From the human T2T-CHM13v2.0 reference genome, Homo sapiens, in NCBI RefSeq assembly GCF_009914755.1, contig NC_060925.1: a stretch of DNA of 64,000 bases; one strand, written 5' to 3'. Position 1 is the stretch's first letter, and each line of letters opens with the position of its first letter. Positions 14,247 through 27,849 of this stretch are shown here, one piece after another. The position numbers and the translations under genes are program-made. The notes under the pieces were generated by a model. The model had not been told where the DNA came from, did not search any database, and saw nothing but the letters and a program-made list of their open reading frames with translations.

Positions 14247-14897
14247 GCCTTGTGGGTACTGAATCTTGTAACCATTCATTTCCTTTTTTCTTTGGCTGTT
14301 TGAAGGCTCAGGCCCTGATTCTGCCTGCGGTGTTTGCGTAGGTACTCATGGCATGCATTTTGTGCACTAACATTTCCCCAACTATATAGTCTTTTTCCTT
14401 TCTTTGACATCTTCATTTTAAAATTCTAGTGTACATTGTAAATTTCAATAGGCCACTATAAGCCTTTTTTGGGGAAGAAACAATGAACAATTGAGTATAT
14501 AAGTAGAAGAAAGGGCAAGATCAAAGGGGAAATGTTAGTGCCTTTAACTAGATTCAGGAAGGAACTTTTATTTTGCTTTGTTTTAATTCCATTTTCACTA
14601 GAAGAAAGAAAAAGAAGTAAATTTGTCCCCTAATCTGGCAAGAAATGCCTCTAAAGAATTTGGGGCCTGTCCCTGCCTTGAGACGTCTCTCCCTCTGGCA
14701 GGAGGCAAGGGGTACTGGGCTGGGCAGGGTCTCCTGGCTCAGTGGATGGGTGGGCATGGGCCTGGGAGGCTGGGCTGTTCGACTGAGTTCCCTTCCAGTT
14801 GACTCTGCTTTGAGGGAGGGTTTGGGCAGAGCCAGTGGGAGCTTGCTTTTTTATTATAAGAAGGAGAAAGAAATGAACTTGTCCTCTTGTGTTGCAG

Positions 14898-14945
14898 ATT
14901 CAGTGGTTCTTTCCTTTGACTCCGCTGGACAAACACTAGGCTCAG
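14898..14945 (+). CDS. ST3GAL3: ST3GAL3 coding exon (exon 3), 48 nt, phase 1-1: (N/D)SVVLSFDSAGQTLGS(E)
   Basis: Acceptor tcctcttgtgttgcag|AT and donor TCAG|gtacca. The peptide matches the known ST3GAL3 stem and the phase joins the next exon as G|AG = Glu. Confidence 0.97.
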
Positions 14946-16004
14946 GTACCAACTCTTCCCCCTCTATCATCTTTTTGGCCTTCAATATTAGCCATATTTT
15001 TTGTGAAGCCTAATCAAGTATGGGTTTGCTGGGGAGGGCAGTGGAATATCCCAGAATTGGGGGAAGTCTCAAGAAGCCTTTCTAGAGACTTTATGGTCAG
15101 GGAAGCAGAAGAGGGACATATCCAGAGAACTTTTCCAGTTACTTTAAAAGTGCACAGAGGAGTTGCAGTAGATGCTCCCTCTTCATTCAGAGTTGTCAAG
15201 AGTCACATAAAAGGATGTCTGTTTTCTGTGCATATATCCTGTCTCAGAAGGTGGGGCAGAGGGCATTGAAAGACCCCAGGCTGTGGGAATGCTGGAGCAG
15301 ATAACCATCAGGGCTCTCTACTAGAATGCTGGGCTGGTGGGAGCATCCCAGTTTCCTGAGGACATACACTCCATTGCATGTTTACATGCACACCCCATAT
15401 ATTCAAATACAGACCTCTTCCAGGAGAGGAGTACCACACTGTACTGTGTACTCATGCCAAAATGCTTGTAGGTGGACACACTCCTTCTCTTCCCTGTTTA
15501 CAGTGCAGGACACACAGATCAGCACACCTGCCCCAAATTCACCCAGACCCAGTGGAGCCTGGCTCTGCCATGTCTAGGGCAGTTTACCTGTTCCACATCA
15601 CTGTGCCTGTTGACAGGAAGTGGGAAGAGACTACTTTGATTCCTCAGCTTGCTGCCATTGGGTCCCTATGGGAGCCTCAGAATGACGTGACTTTGAGGGA
15701 AGAGTATCTCTGTGTTTTTAGGTAAAGTCAGGTGGGCCTCATACCATGGGTACTGCCAGTGAATGCCAGGGAGACTGCTGGCCTGTTGAGGGCAGTTAAT
15801 TCATTTTGCCGTCCTTAGATATGGTAGATTGATGATTCACAAAACAGCCATGAGGGTCAGGCAGTTGTAGTAGAGTGGACAAGAGGAAAGACATTCAGAG
15901 AATATGATCACAGCCACCACTATTTACTGAGGGTCTGCCTGTTTTACTGTGTGCCAGCACTGTGCTGAGTGCTTGATACACCTCTCAGCTATCTCTTACA
16001 ATCG

Positions 16005-16263
16005 CTTTTTATTTTTATTTTTTTTATTTTTAATGTTTATGGGTACATAGTGGGTGTATATATTTATAGGGTACATGAGATGTTTTGATACAGGCATACA
16101 ATGAGTAATAATCACATCAGGGCAAATGGGGTATCCATTATCTGAAGCATTTACGGTTTATTTGTGTTACAGACATTTCAATTACACTCTTTTAATTATT
16201 TCAAAATACACAATAAATTTTTGTTGACTATAATCACTCTGCTGTGCTATCAAATACTAGATC
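16005..16263 (-). mobile_element. L1MA 3' end inserted in a MIR
   Basis: tatgggtacatagtgggtgtatatatt...ctgtgctatcaaatactagatct; TSD-like tctcttacaatcgcttt / tctccttacaacagcttt. Confidence 0.8.
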
Positions 16264-16449
16264 TCCTTACAACAGCTTTGATATCTTTAATTATAGATAA
16301 AGAAGCTAATGCTCAAAGACATGAAGTAACCTGTTCAGGGCCATTCATATCTGTCTAACTCTAGAGCCCATCCTCTCTCCCTTAGCATCTTTCTATCTCA
16401 TACCTTGTGTGCTTCCCACCAAAATGCTGAGGCTATGAGAAGTCACTTT

Positions 16450-17880
16450 AAGGTAGAGTGGACAGACAGAAAGAGTTCTTAAATGGATCCAAAACTTGCA
16501 TCTATTTGTATAGTAAAAGATTGGTCATTTTATTACATAAAAGTTGAGAACTTCTATTAATCAAAAGACCCTATTAAGAGAGTGAAAAGGCAGGCTGGAT
16601 GGGCATAGTGGCTCACACCTATAATCTCAGCACTTTGGGAGGCTGAGACAGGAGGACAGCTTGAGGCCAGGAATTTGTGACCAGCTTGGGTAACACAGTG
16701 AGACCCCAACTCTACAAAAATTTTTTTAAAATAGTAAGGGCACGGTGGCGTGTGCCTGTAGTCTGAGGTACTCAGGATGCTAAGCAGGAGGATCACTTGA
16801 GCCCAGGAGTTAGAGGCTGCAATGAGCTATGATTGCACCACTGCACTCCAACCTGGGTGACACAGTGAGACCCTGTCTCTGGAAAAAAAAAAAAAAAAGA
16901 AGGAAAAAAGAGAGAGAGTGAAAGGAAATCCAGAGTGAAAAAAATATCTTTACAACACAAATAATCAACAAAAGGCTTGTTTCCAGAACAAAGAACGACA
17001 GAAGTCAATAGGAATAAAGGAGCAACTCATTACAGAAATGAGCAAGACTTGAACAGGCATTTCACAAAAGAGAAAGTCCAAATGGCCAATAAACCCAAGA
17101 AAAGGTGTTTGATTGTATTAGTACTCAGCAAAATGCAAATTAGAATCCCAATGAGATATCAATACACATCTACCAAATGGCAAAACTTGAAAAGCTTGAC
17201 AATTCCAATGTTGATAAGGATGTGGTGCAGTGGAAACTCTGATTTTCTACTTGTTGGAGCATAATTTGGTACAACCACTGTGGAATAAACTGTGGCAGTA
17301 TCTAGCTAAATTTGGATATACACATACCTGGTGACTTAGCAATTCCTCCTCTAGGTATATTATCTGCAGAAATGGATGCTTATACATAACAGGACATATA
17401 TATGCAAGATATGTGTATAAGAATGTTTATAAGAACATTGTTCATAATTGTCAAAAACCAAAAACAATCCAAATACCTAACAACAGTAGAATGACTATGC
17501 AAATTGTATTATATTCATAGGGAACAGTAAAAATGAGCAAACCATAGCCAGATGCAACAATATGGATAAATATTAAAGACATATTGTTGGGTGAAAGAAG
17601 TCAGACAAAACAGTACATACTGTGTTTATCCTTTCATAAAAAGTTCAAAAACAAATGAAATTAAACCATATTTGCTTTTAGATACATAATTCAGTATTAA
17701 AACTATAAAGAAAAGCAAGGAATTGAATTCTATAATAGCTAGATGGTGGTGTTCAAGGGGGTATGTTGAGGGATGGGTACAGGGGGGCTTCTAGTGTGTT
17801 GATATATTATTTTTAGTGACCTGAAGGGGTTTTATAGGTGTCCATTTTACAGTAACTCACTAGCTGTGCTTTGTATTAAA
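16450..17880 (+). mobile_element. L1ME/MD ORF2 3' end and 3'UTR
   Basis: QDLNRHFTKEKVQMANK..KRC...MQIR..MRY peptide (ORF 16977-17264). Confidence 0.8.
16597..16909 (+). mobile_element. AluJ within L1
   Basis: Alu dimer; TSD-like agagagtgaaa(a)gg on both sides. Confidence 0.9.
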
Positions 17881-18499
17881 AATGTAAAATATAGCAAATA
17901 TATAGAAAAGTACATAAAACCTCAATGTACAGCTAATAATGTTCAAGGGGATTTTGGTCCTCAGCCTCCATCTCCCTTGGAGTTATAAAAAGATCTTGGG
18001 CTTAATCTGCAAATAACTATGGACCATGGCAATAAGCCTCCCAGGTTTGTACAAGGTTCTCAGTGAAGGCTGGCAAAGAATGAGAATTCAGACATTTTTC
18101 CACTGATTCCCTCTTAGTGGAAGATAGATCAAGTTGATTCAGAGTCAGCCTCAAATTATAACTGGTTTTCAGTTTACCTAGCCTTCAGTTTTCCCGACAA
18201 CACCTACCAGCTTCGACACCTAGTTCTGCCTTATTCATGCTCTCATGGAATATTTGCAAGAGGCCAATAGTTTTGCTATCTCCTGCTTTGCATCAAGCCT
18301 AAAAGGGAATGGTAACCAGGCAAGAGCTGGGTAGAGGTCTTCACAGTGGCCACTTTACTGTTTTATTTGGAGAGAATTTACAAAGCGCTGGGCATACCAC
18401 ATCGCCAAAAACGTTTTAGAACTTTAGCAGGATAACTTTGGAATTAATCCCTATTTGACTTTCTTTCTGTTAGTGTAGGTACTTAAAAGTAAGAAAAAG

Positions 18500-20850
18500 G
18501 TTCCAGTTCCAGATAAGACAGAGTGAGCACACTCACTCTATCTCTGAATGCAGCTAAAGGCCTGTTCAGAATGCATTTAATAGCAGTTTGAGGACTCTGA
18601 AACATAAATAGTAGCAGACAGATAGGGGAAGAATACCAGAATTCAATGTATTACTGAACTGGCAGTGAGTTTCCTATTTTCCCTTCAGTGTCCCATGTCT
18701 TGGACTCAAGGCACCCCAAACCCCAGCAATGGACACCAAGGCACAAACAGCTTCAGGAAAAGACCTCTAGTTAAAGCTCTGGGGTGGGAAAAGGGCTCCC
18801 AAGGCTCAGACAGAGGGGAATATCCCAAGAGTTGTTCCCTCATGCCCCAGCCCCCAGGCAATCCCACAGTGATGGTGGTTGGGAGAGTGCCAGCAGTAGG
18901 CCCTTCAAGCACCTAAAACTGAGAGAGAGGAACTTTCCTCTCTGATCAGAGGAGCTATAGTCCCAAGAGGATGGGGTGCAATTTTGGTTGCTTGTTTTCT
19001 GTCTTTGTCTTCCTGCTGCTTGGCCCCAGATTTGAGTGCAGTTCAGAAAATTCATGGCAGAATGTGGTAATTAAAGCCCCAGCTTTCTGGCCAGAGGCCC
19101 AGGAAGGGGAGTCACAAGAAACCAGAAGGCAGGAAAGAGAAAGCAAAGGGAAAGGGAGCTCAGGAAAGCAACCGCTTTAAGTTATTTATGGACTTCAGGA
19201 TAACCCAAGCTGTGCAGGTATGCATCTGATTCTAAACAACATACCAAAGACTTTCAGAACTGACCTAAGGGACAGACCACTGCCCAAGTCCCAGACTGGA
19301 TGCACACACAGAGGACTCTTCTGAACAGGCTTTGAAAATGGAACTGATGTTGAAACCACAACCCACAGAAGGCTAGTTGGAATTTGCTGCCCGAACCCAA
19401 CCTGGTCGATTGTCTGCTAAAACAAAAATATGAACATTCTCCACTGGATTTAAACAAGATGTAGAGTCTCATAATAAGATTCAGAATATCCCAGATATGA
19501 ACCAAAATGAAGAACCAGGAAAATTTGAACTTGCATGGGAAAAGTTAATCAACCAATGCCAGTGCTGAGGTGACACAGATGTTTGAATAATCTAATAAAG
19601 ACTTTTTAAACAGCTATGATAAAAATGCTCCCCAAAGTAAAGGCAAAGTCTGTTGAAATGAATAGAAAACTAGAAAATCTTTGCAAAAAAAGTAAAGGTT
19701 AGGTGCAGTGGCCCATGCCTGTAATCCCAACACTTTGGGAGGCTGAGGCAGAAGGATCACTTGAGACTAGGAGTTTGAAACCAGCCTGGGCAACATTGCA
19801 GAGAACTCTTCTCTACAAAATTAAAGAAGAATATTAGCCAGGCATGGTGGCACACACCTGTAGTCTCAGCTACTTGGGAGGCTGAGGCAGGAGGATCACT
19901 TGAGCCCAGGAATTCAAGGCTGCAGTTAGCTATGATCACACCAGCCTAGGTGCACTCTGCACTCCAGCCTAGGTGACAGTGAGACCCTATCTCTAAAAAA
20001 ATTTAAAAATATTAAAGATTTTTTTAAATGAAGGTCTTAGCAAACAAAAAAAGAGGAAGAAAATATAAAGAAGAACCAAATAAAGCAATAAAACTATCCA
20101 ATTGGAACAACAGAGAAAATCTTTTAAAAGTTGAACAGAGCCTAGTGACTTGTGGCACAATACTAGAAGATTTATCATTCGTGTCTTCAGAGTTCCATAT
20201 GAAATTTTTGAAGAAACAATGGCTAAAACGTCCCAAATTTGGTGACCAAGTGTGGTTTATCCTGGGAATGGAAGGCTGGTTCAACAATGAAAAAATCAAT
20301 ATAATCCACCGTATTAACTGTCTAAAGAAAAAAAACTGCATGGTCTTATTAATTGATGAAGAAAACGCATTTGACAGAATTCAACATCTATTTATGATAA
20401 AAACGCTCAGCAAACATAGAAAGGAACTTCTTCATCCTGACATCGGCCATCTACAAAAACCTACAGCAAACATCATACTTTATGGTAAAAGACTGCTCTC
20501 CCCCTAACATCAGGAAATACTTCTGGAAGGTCTAGTCACTGTAATAAAGCAATAAAAAGGATACAGAATGGAAAGGAAGAAACAAAATTAACCGTTTTCA
20601 TAGATGACATGATTGCCTACATAGGAAATCCCAAGGAATCTACAAAAACATTCCTAGAACTAATAACTGAGTTTAGCAAGATGACAGGATACGAGGTCAA
20701 AACACAGAAGTTCATCATGTTTTTAAGTACTAGCAATGAGCAGTTGAAAACCAAAATTTAAAACACATAGCAGCTTCCCGAAACCAAATACTTATGTGTA
20801 AATGCTTATATATAAATCTGATGAAACATATATAGGAGCTGTATGCTGAA
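18500..20850 (+). mobile_element. L1M (L1MC-like) 5' region/ORF1 fused to an ORF2 RT fragment
   Basis: DQVWFILGMEGWFN...MVLLIDEENAFDRIQHLFMIKTL (L1 RT) and ttttcatagatgacatgatt (FADD motif region). Confidence 0.75.
19697..20010 (+). mobile_element. AluJ
   Basis: Alu dimer with a small internal duplication of ccagcctaggtg. Confidence 0.9.
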
Positions 20851-20889
20851 ACTAGTTCCTCTCCCACTTTTTCTTCCCCATCTACCCAA

Positions 20890-21680
20890 CTGAAAGTTCA
20901 GGCTGCAAACCTAGAATCACCCTGATTGTTCCTCTTCCTTTACCCTCTCCCCCTTTCCTGTCTTCACAATGTGTTCTTCTCTAGCCGCTTCTTTCTAGCA
21001 CCACTGCCCAAGGTACCATCTTCTCTTCCCTAGACTAGAAACATCTCCTGACTGGCCTGTCTGTGCCACTTATTGCCTTCTGTACCTTGTAGCCAGAGTA
21101 ATCTTCCAGAAACCTAAATCGGATCCTGTCTTGTTACCACTGAAGCCTCTCCAGTGACCTTACAGTACATTTACAATAAAATCCAAACTTGTCCCTCCTT
21201 CCTGAGTCCTACTTAACCTCTCCAATTTCCCTGTAGTTCATTTGCCTTCAGCCCACTGCCCTCACGCTACATTGGCATGCCTGTGGCTCCTTGAGGATGT
21301 CAGGTCCTTTCCTGCCTCAGGGTCTTTGTGCTTGCTGTTCCCACTTCCTAGACTGTTCTTACCTCCTGCTTTGCGTTGCTGTCTTCAGGCCTCTGTCCCA
21401 CTGTCACCTCCGCCAGAAGGTCTTCCCAGACCACTTCATCTAAAGTAGTCCACTCCTCTAACCAGTCCTTCTCTAAAAAAGTATGTCTTCAGTTTTTCTT
21501 AGCATGCCTCCTTCCTTCAAACTATTTGCTTATTTACTTGCACACTGTCAATCTCCCCTACTAAAATGTAGGCTTCATTTTGGCCAAGGACTTGGTCTGT
21601 TTTGTTCATCACTGTATCGCCGGTATTTAGAATGCGTCTGGCACATAATAGGTGCTAAGTAGGTGTTAAATAAATAGGTG
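20890..21680 (+). mobile_element. L2 3' portion
   Basis: cctgcctcagggtctttgtgcttgctgttccc...ctggcacataataggtgct. Confidence 0.7.
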
Positions 21681-22144
21681 TTAAAGAATAGAAAATTAGG
21701 AACAACAATATTCACTAATTAAGGAGTGCTTGAGGTCAAATAAATAATGGCATATCCATTCATTGGAGTAACTGCAGTCATTTAAAATGATGATGCAGTT
21801 TTACTTTTATTGACACAGACGATGTCGAGGATATTGTTGAGTGAACAAAACAAACAAACAGCATGCATATTAAGGCCAAGTGTAGGTAAAATTATGTATG
21901 TACGTTCATACATATACAGTATTTATGGAAAGAGATTTCTGGGAAAATAGTCACCAAAATATTTGTAGCAGTTAGCCCTAGGTAAATAGGGGTTTCAAAT
22001 GGTTCTTACTTCATTCTTTATAAGTGTTTTGGATTTGGATTTTTGTATTGAGCATATGTTATTTTAATAACTGGGAAAAAATTAAGTTATTTTTGTTTGG
22101 GGAGTAGAGCTCTCTCTTATTTTGTTTAATAATTGCTTTGTGAT

Positions 22145-22505
22145 TGTCGTAGTCTCTTTGGGCTGCTATAACAAAAATACCTTAGACTGGGTAATTTATA
22201 AACAACAGAAATTTATTGCTCACAGTTCTGAAGGCTGGGAAGTCCAAGATCAAGACATCAGCAGATTCAGTGTTTGGAAAGGGTCCATTCCTCATAGATG
22301 GAACCTTCTGTGTGTGTCCTAACAAGACAGAAGAGGCAAATAGGCTCCCTCAGCCCTCCCTGATAAAAATATCAATCCCATCCTAGGGGTGGAGCCCTCA
22401 TGACCTAATTACCTTCTAAAGGCCCTACCTCTTAATACTATCACATTGGATATCAGGTTCCAGCACATGAATTCACAGGGGACACCCAACATTCAGACCA
22501 TTTCA
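22145..22505 (-). mobile_element. Solo MaLR LTR (MLT1A/MSTD-like)
   Basis: tgtcgtagtctctttgggctgctataacaaaaatacc...attcagaccatttca; TSD gtgat / gtgag. Confidence 0.85.
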
Positions 22506-24369
22506 GTGAGTATTTATGCCCTATCTATCCCATGAGGTGGTAAGCTCCATGAAGTTTAAGATACAAACTGCAGAGTGAGCCATTTTTTCCCATTTCCTGT
22601 ACCAGCAGCTGTTTTGACATGCTGTCCCTCCTAATCCTCCTGCAGCTTAGTGCAAGATGCCCTGGGATGGCCCGGACACAGTTGATGCTGTGAATAGGAT
22701 TAAATTCACTGCAGTACTCAGCCCTAGATATCTGCTATTTTCCCAAGACAGAAGAGAGATAGATGGGTGCAGTGACATCTTTGGCTGCTGTGGGAGGGGG
22801 CTTCCAGGGCTCCTTCTGTAGCCTGTGATTCTCTTACCTGGGGCCAAGGACATGTCATGCTCCCTTGGCCCCCAGTATGCCACGTTGGAGAAGAGCTGTG
22901 CTGTGCTCAGATGGAGGCCTGATAGTCACAGGGGACTCTGTTACCAGAAGCTTCCTACTAGGCCTCTCACCTCCCCCACACCAACATACACCCATTTGAG
23001 ATTGGATCTTAGTTTGTAAACTTCTAAGTTATTTTACTGAATCAGTTAATTTAGTCTAGGTCAGTGGGCTTTTCTGTGTTTATTTTAGAAAAATGCTTTT
23101 CCTTTTAGTTTCTCTTTGATTAATTGATCCCATGTTGTGGTTTATTTCCCTGACTTGAGATGATGTGGGAGCTATTTGCACTTTGGCCAGACCTTCTCAG
23201 GCCTCTTTTGACTCCCATGATTCATGTGTGGTATGGCCAGGGCCTTCTGACATCACCCTGGGGCAGGAGATGGGAGGTAATAGTACATCATTGCTGTCAT
23301 GGAAACTGTGCTGCTAATGTGAGGGTCTGCTTTTCTTGTTTCCTCTGAGAGTCATTGTGGGCATAACGTAAAGGAAAGAATCAGCCCTGGGTTGGTTCCA
23401 CGGCATCCCTGCTAGCCTACTTCATGATTGGGGGATCTTGAACATATCTCCCCTGTCTAAACCTCTCTTTCCTCATCTGTAAAATATAGTACCTGCCTCA
23501 TGGGGCTGTATAGGTGACAGTACTGAGAACAGCATGAATACAAAGGAAGATGCTCAATAAATAGTAGTTCCTCTCAGTCCCTTCATTCTGCAAGCCTGAC
23601 AGCCCATTTGGAACTATTGCCAACTTCTTCCTCCACCCAAGCCATGGCATATATTACATATGTTTAATATACCCCATGACTTTTTTTTAGAGATTGTACA
23701 GTGACATTTCTTAAGAAATGATAGAGCTGTTTTGGCTAGGGTAGGTCCTCATTCCATTTACTGCCATTCCCTTCGTACTTAGCAATTCATCATAGCCCAG
23801 AGATTGGAGCCAAAGACCACTTTAAAGAAGATCTGGCAGCAGAGCTGCTTCTCTGGGTAAATGGAGTTTTCTTGCCTCATGGACTATCCTGCCTATGTGG
23901 CTTTGTGAATTATAATTCGAAGCACGGCAATTTCTGATAGAACCAAGTTCATGTTTTTATCCCATAAAATACCAAACTTTATATACCTCAATAATGCTCC
24001 TTAAATTGGTGTTCATGGGCAATATTTGTGGTTGTCATCAGTAGCAGTCATTTAATAAGCATCTTCTTTGTGCCAGGTACAGTGACAGCTGATTGGAATT
24101 TGTGGTGGTTCATTACAATGAAAAAAGGAAGTGGGTCACTCACAACGGAAATGCCAGTAGCATGTTAGGCTCATCATGTACAACCGTATTCCTTGAAATT
24201 CCATTCTGGGGCTCAGTAGCCTGAAGGTGAGGCTACAGTAGGACACCTGGCTTCAGGAACCTTCAAGAAGCTCTCTCTTTTGTCCTGGAACAGGATGTGA
24301 CTGCACAGCCTGGTGCTCCCAACTGCACGTCAGAATGTAGGTAGGAAGTAATACTTACGTGCTATACTA

Positions 24370-24819
<450 letters not shown>

Positions 24820-24914
24820 AGAACTATGATGAGCAAAATGAAACACAAAGTATTAAGAAATTTATTAAATATTGAATTGCTATACCATAAAAATCTTTTC
24901 AAGTTTTTAATTAA

Positions 24915-25210
24915 AAACTAGAGCTTGTTTCGGTGTTCATAAATTTTTATTCAGGAGTTTTGTCTGGGAAGGCTTCACATAACTCCTGTCAAGGCTTTTT
25001 AATGATACTCTCTTAAAAAATACTCAGTTATCATCAAAAACTCACACAAATAACTGACAAAAATATAAAATCATTTTTATACTTATTCAGATGTTTACAG
25101 CAGTTGAAATTATATTTTAAAAATCCAACAGTTCTTCCTTTTCCTTAATCAAAATTGTAAGGTTGAAATTTCTTCAGTTAGAACAAATGGATTTCAAATC
25201 TAATCTCACT
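24915..25210 (-). mobile_element. hAT-Charlie transposase C-terminal relic
   Basis: The minus strand gives *I*NPFV (WIRNPF), EKEELLDF, LCEAF and HRNKL in the expected order. Confidence 0.6.
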
Positions 25211-25469
25211 TTTTTGTATCAGGTATTTCAAAATAGCGTGAAGCTCTGTTGCAAAATGTATATGAATTCTTAGAGCAGTCACCCTGGAGTTGGTTGGAGA
25301 TCATAAAAGGCTACATTCAATGCACATAAGCAGCGATATTACCCAATATGTGAGAACAGGTGTGTTGCCCTTCACCTGGAGCTGTGCTCCCCTGGGAGTC
25401 CCCACCTGGCTGGCCTGCCACTGACCAGCAGCCTCTTGGGCAACACTCTGCTCCATGAGTTTTTCATGC

Positions 25470-25660
25470 AACATTTTTCATGGAACATAATTTTTACTTG
25501 AAAGTACAATTGACAGACTGTGGTTTTTTCAGACTTTGGAATTTGGCAGACATTTTCTCAGTAATGAAAGTGAGCATTATCACTTCAAGGGAAATAACTG
25601 ACAGTATTTTGTTGCCGGCAATAAAATGTTATTCCATGCAATAGCTTCTCAATACTTAAA
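25470..25660 (+). mobile_element. Charlie1-like transposase fragment
   Basis: FRLWNLADIFS...LSLQGK*LTVF matches the Charlie LADIF..SLSLQG motif. Confidence 0.75.
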
Positions 25661-25666
25661 TTTTAA

Positions 25667-26014
<348 letters not shown>

Positions 26015-26051
26015 TGGTCGGGTTTTGTAAATGCTCCCTACATGTCTTGTA

Positions 26052-26178
26052 GGCCGGGCACAGTGGTACGCACCTAGAGTCCCAGTTACTCGGGCTGAGG
26101 TGGGAGGATCACTTGGGCCCAGCAGTTTGAATCCAGCCTGGGCAGCATAGCAAGATCCCACCTCAAAAAAAAAAAAAA
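26052..26178 (+). mobile_element. FLAM monomer within an antisense L1 endonuclease fragment
   Basis: Single Alu arm with poly-A; adjacent minus-strand EDLNRTITKFKLTDIQRTLHP. Confidence 0.8.
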
Positions 26179-27849
26179 GGAATGTGCATTCACCATTTGT
26201 TGGATGTAAGGTTCTCTGTATGTCTGTTAGTTTAAATTTAGTAATTGTTCTGTTCAAATCTTCTGAATTCTCACAGACTTTGTGAGCCCGATTTTTCAGT
26301 GGTTTAAGATGGTAGACCAACGGTGTCGTTTTCTTTTAGTTCTGTTAATTTTGCTTTATATGTAACAAGGTTTCATTATTACATGTATTCACACTTTAAT
26401 GCATGGGATCCTTTTGTTTATGTCCAGTTTCTGAACCTTTTAAGAGTTTACATCAGTGTTCCAGTGTTCATCCAACAAGTTATATGAATCTTTTGCTATG
26501 ACATCTAGACTGACTTATTCCTTTAAGGCGGCAATGGAAGAGTTAATGGTTAATTTCAAAGACGTCTGAAAAAGCACTTTGTGCATTCACAGCTCTGACT
26601 TGGTGCACGTGCAGGAGGGGAAGGTCAGGGATTTGCATCAGCCATGTCACTCCCCACCTGGAGCTGGGCAGAGACACACGTGCTCCTTGGTCAGTGATTT
26701 TTGTAATCCTGGGCTTTCCAGCCTGGCCAAAGCAGGAAGCCTAAGCCATCAGACTAAACACTTCTGCTGGCTTTCTGCTTTCATACCTGGGGAGGAGAGT
26801 ATCTTCAGGTGCTAGGAGAGCTGGAATATGAGTGCATATTGTGCCTGGCTGGCCTGGGATTCCTAGAGTGTTCTGTTCTTTGTACAGATCTGGGATCATT
26901 GGGCTGCTGGTGAGACCCAGACTTTCATGCCACTACCCGAGAGGTGAATAGTCCCTGAAGTGTTGGTACACTCAAAATAGCAGTTCCTCTGTATAAGGCA
27001 AATTCACATGCAACTCTAAGAACACATTTGTATAAAGGAGATGCGCTGGGATCTGTAACCTTGCCCAACCCCAGCAGTAGAGAAGCTCTGCTCCTGTATT
27101 CCTGGAGTATAATGCCTATGCCTTCCTGATTGCTTTCTTTTCTCATTTACACTTCCTAAAGATGATGCTTAAATTTTCCTGCTAGTCAGGGAACTCTGTG
27201 AGGGGCCACACACAGACTGAATAATCAGTAACATGACTATGAGGCTGGGGCTGAGAGTAAAGTGCTTGTCAGGTAAAGACCTTGGTTGAGATGGAGCAGA
27301 CAGACGCCAGTGACTCAGGTGACTCAGGAAGTCTTTGTGGAGAGGGTTAAATTTCAGGCCTTTATACATGATGGGAGGGAACTACCTTGGCAAACTGGGA
27401 GTTCTTAAAAGGGAACCCCAAAGCAAAACTCAGAAAATAGAAGGTGTGAAGGGCATTAAATAAACAGTGTGGCAGACAGTTAGTTGCGCCTAAGAAGAGC
27501 CAGAGGAGGCTCGCTGTGGGCAGGTGACAGTGATGTAATCAGATAGGCTGGGAGCCAGGAAGGGCCAGAGCAAGGGAATCACTGCAGTCGAAGATGGCAG
27601 GCGAGGGAGAAGGAGAGGGAGAGGAAGCCCCTGCTGCTGCCATCACTGCTACCACCAGCACTGCCCCCTCACTGCAAGGGGTGGAGGAAGACAAAGACTC
27701 CAGGTCTCAGGGCACTTACTAGGCTGCCTTGCTTATTTGGTCACTCTTTCCACTCTTCCATCCATTCAGTACATTATGGAATACCAACTCTGTGCCAGAT
27801 GTGATATTGGGTGCAGAGGTGAGCCCTGCCCTTTATGAGAACCCAAATA

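Noticed and set aside
14645-15013. 122-aa ORF as a standalone gene
   Set aside because: Only the 48-nt exon inside it is supported; the rest is intron that happens to be open.
15617-15721. Possible 105-nt cryptic exon (ttgacag|...TTAG|gtaaag)
   Set aside because: Weak acceptor, TGA in the ST3GAL3 frame, and no independent support.
20028-20507. 159-aa ORF with an RT-like segment
   Set aside because: Degenerate L1 ORF1/ORF2 deletion junction, not an intact reverse transcriptase.
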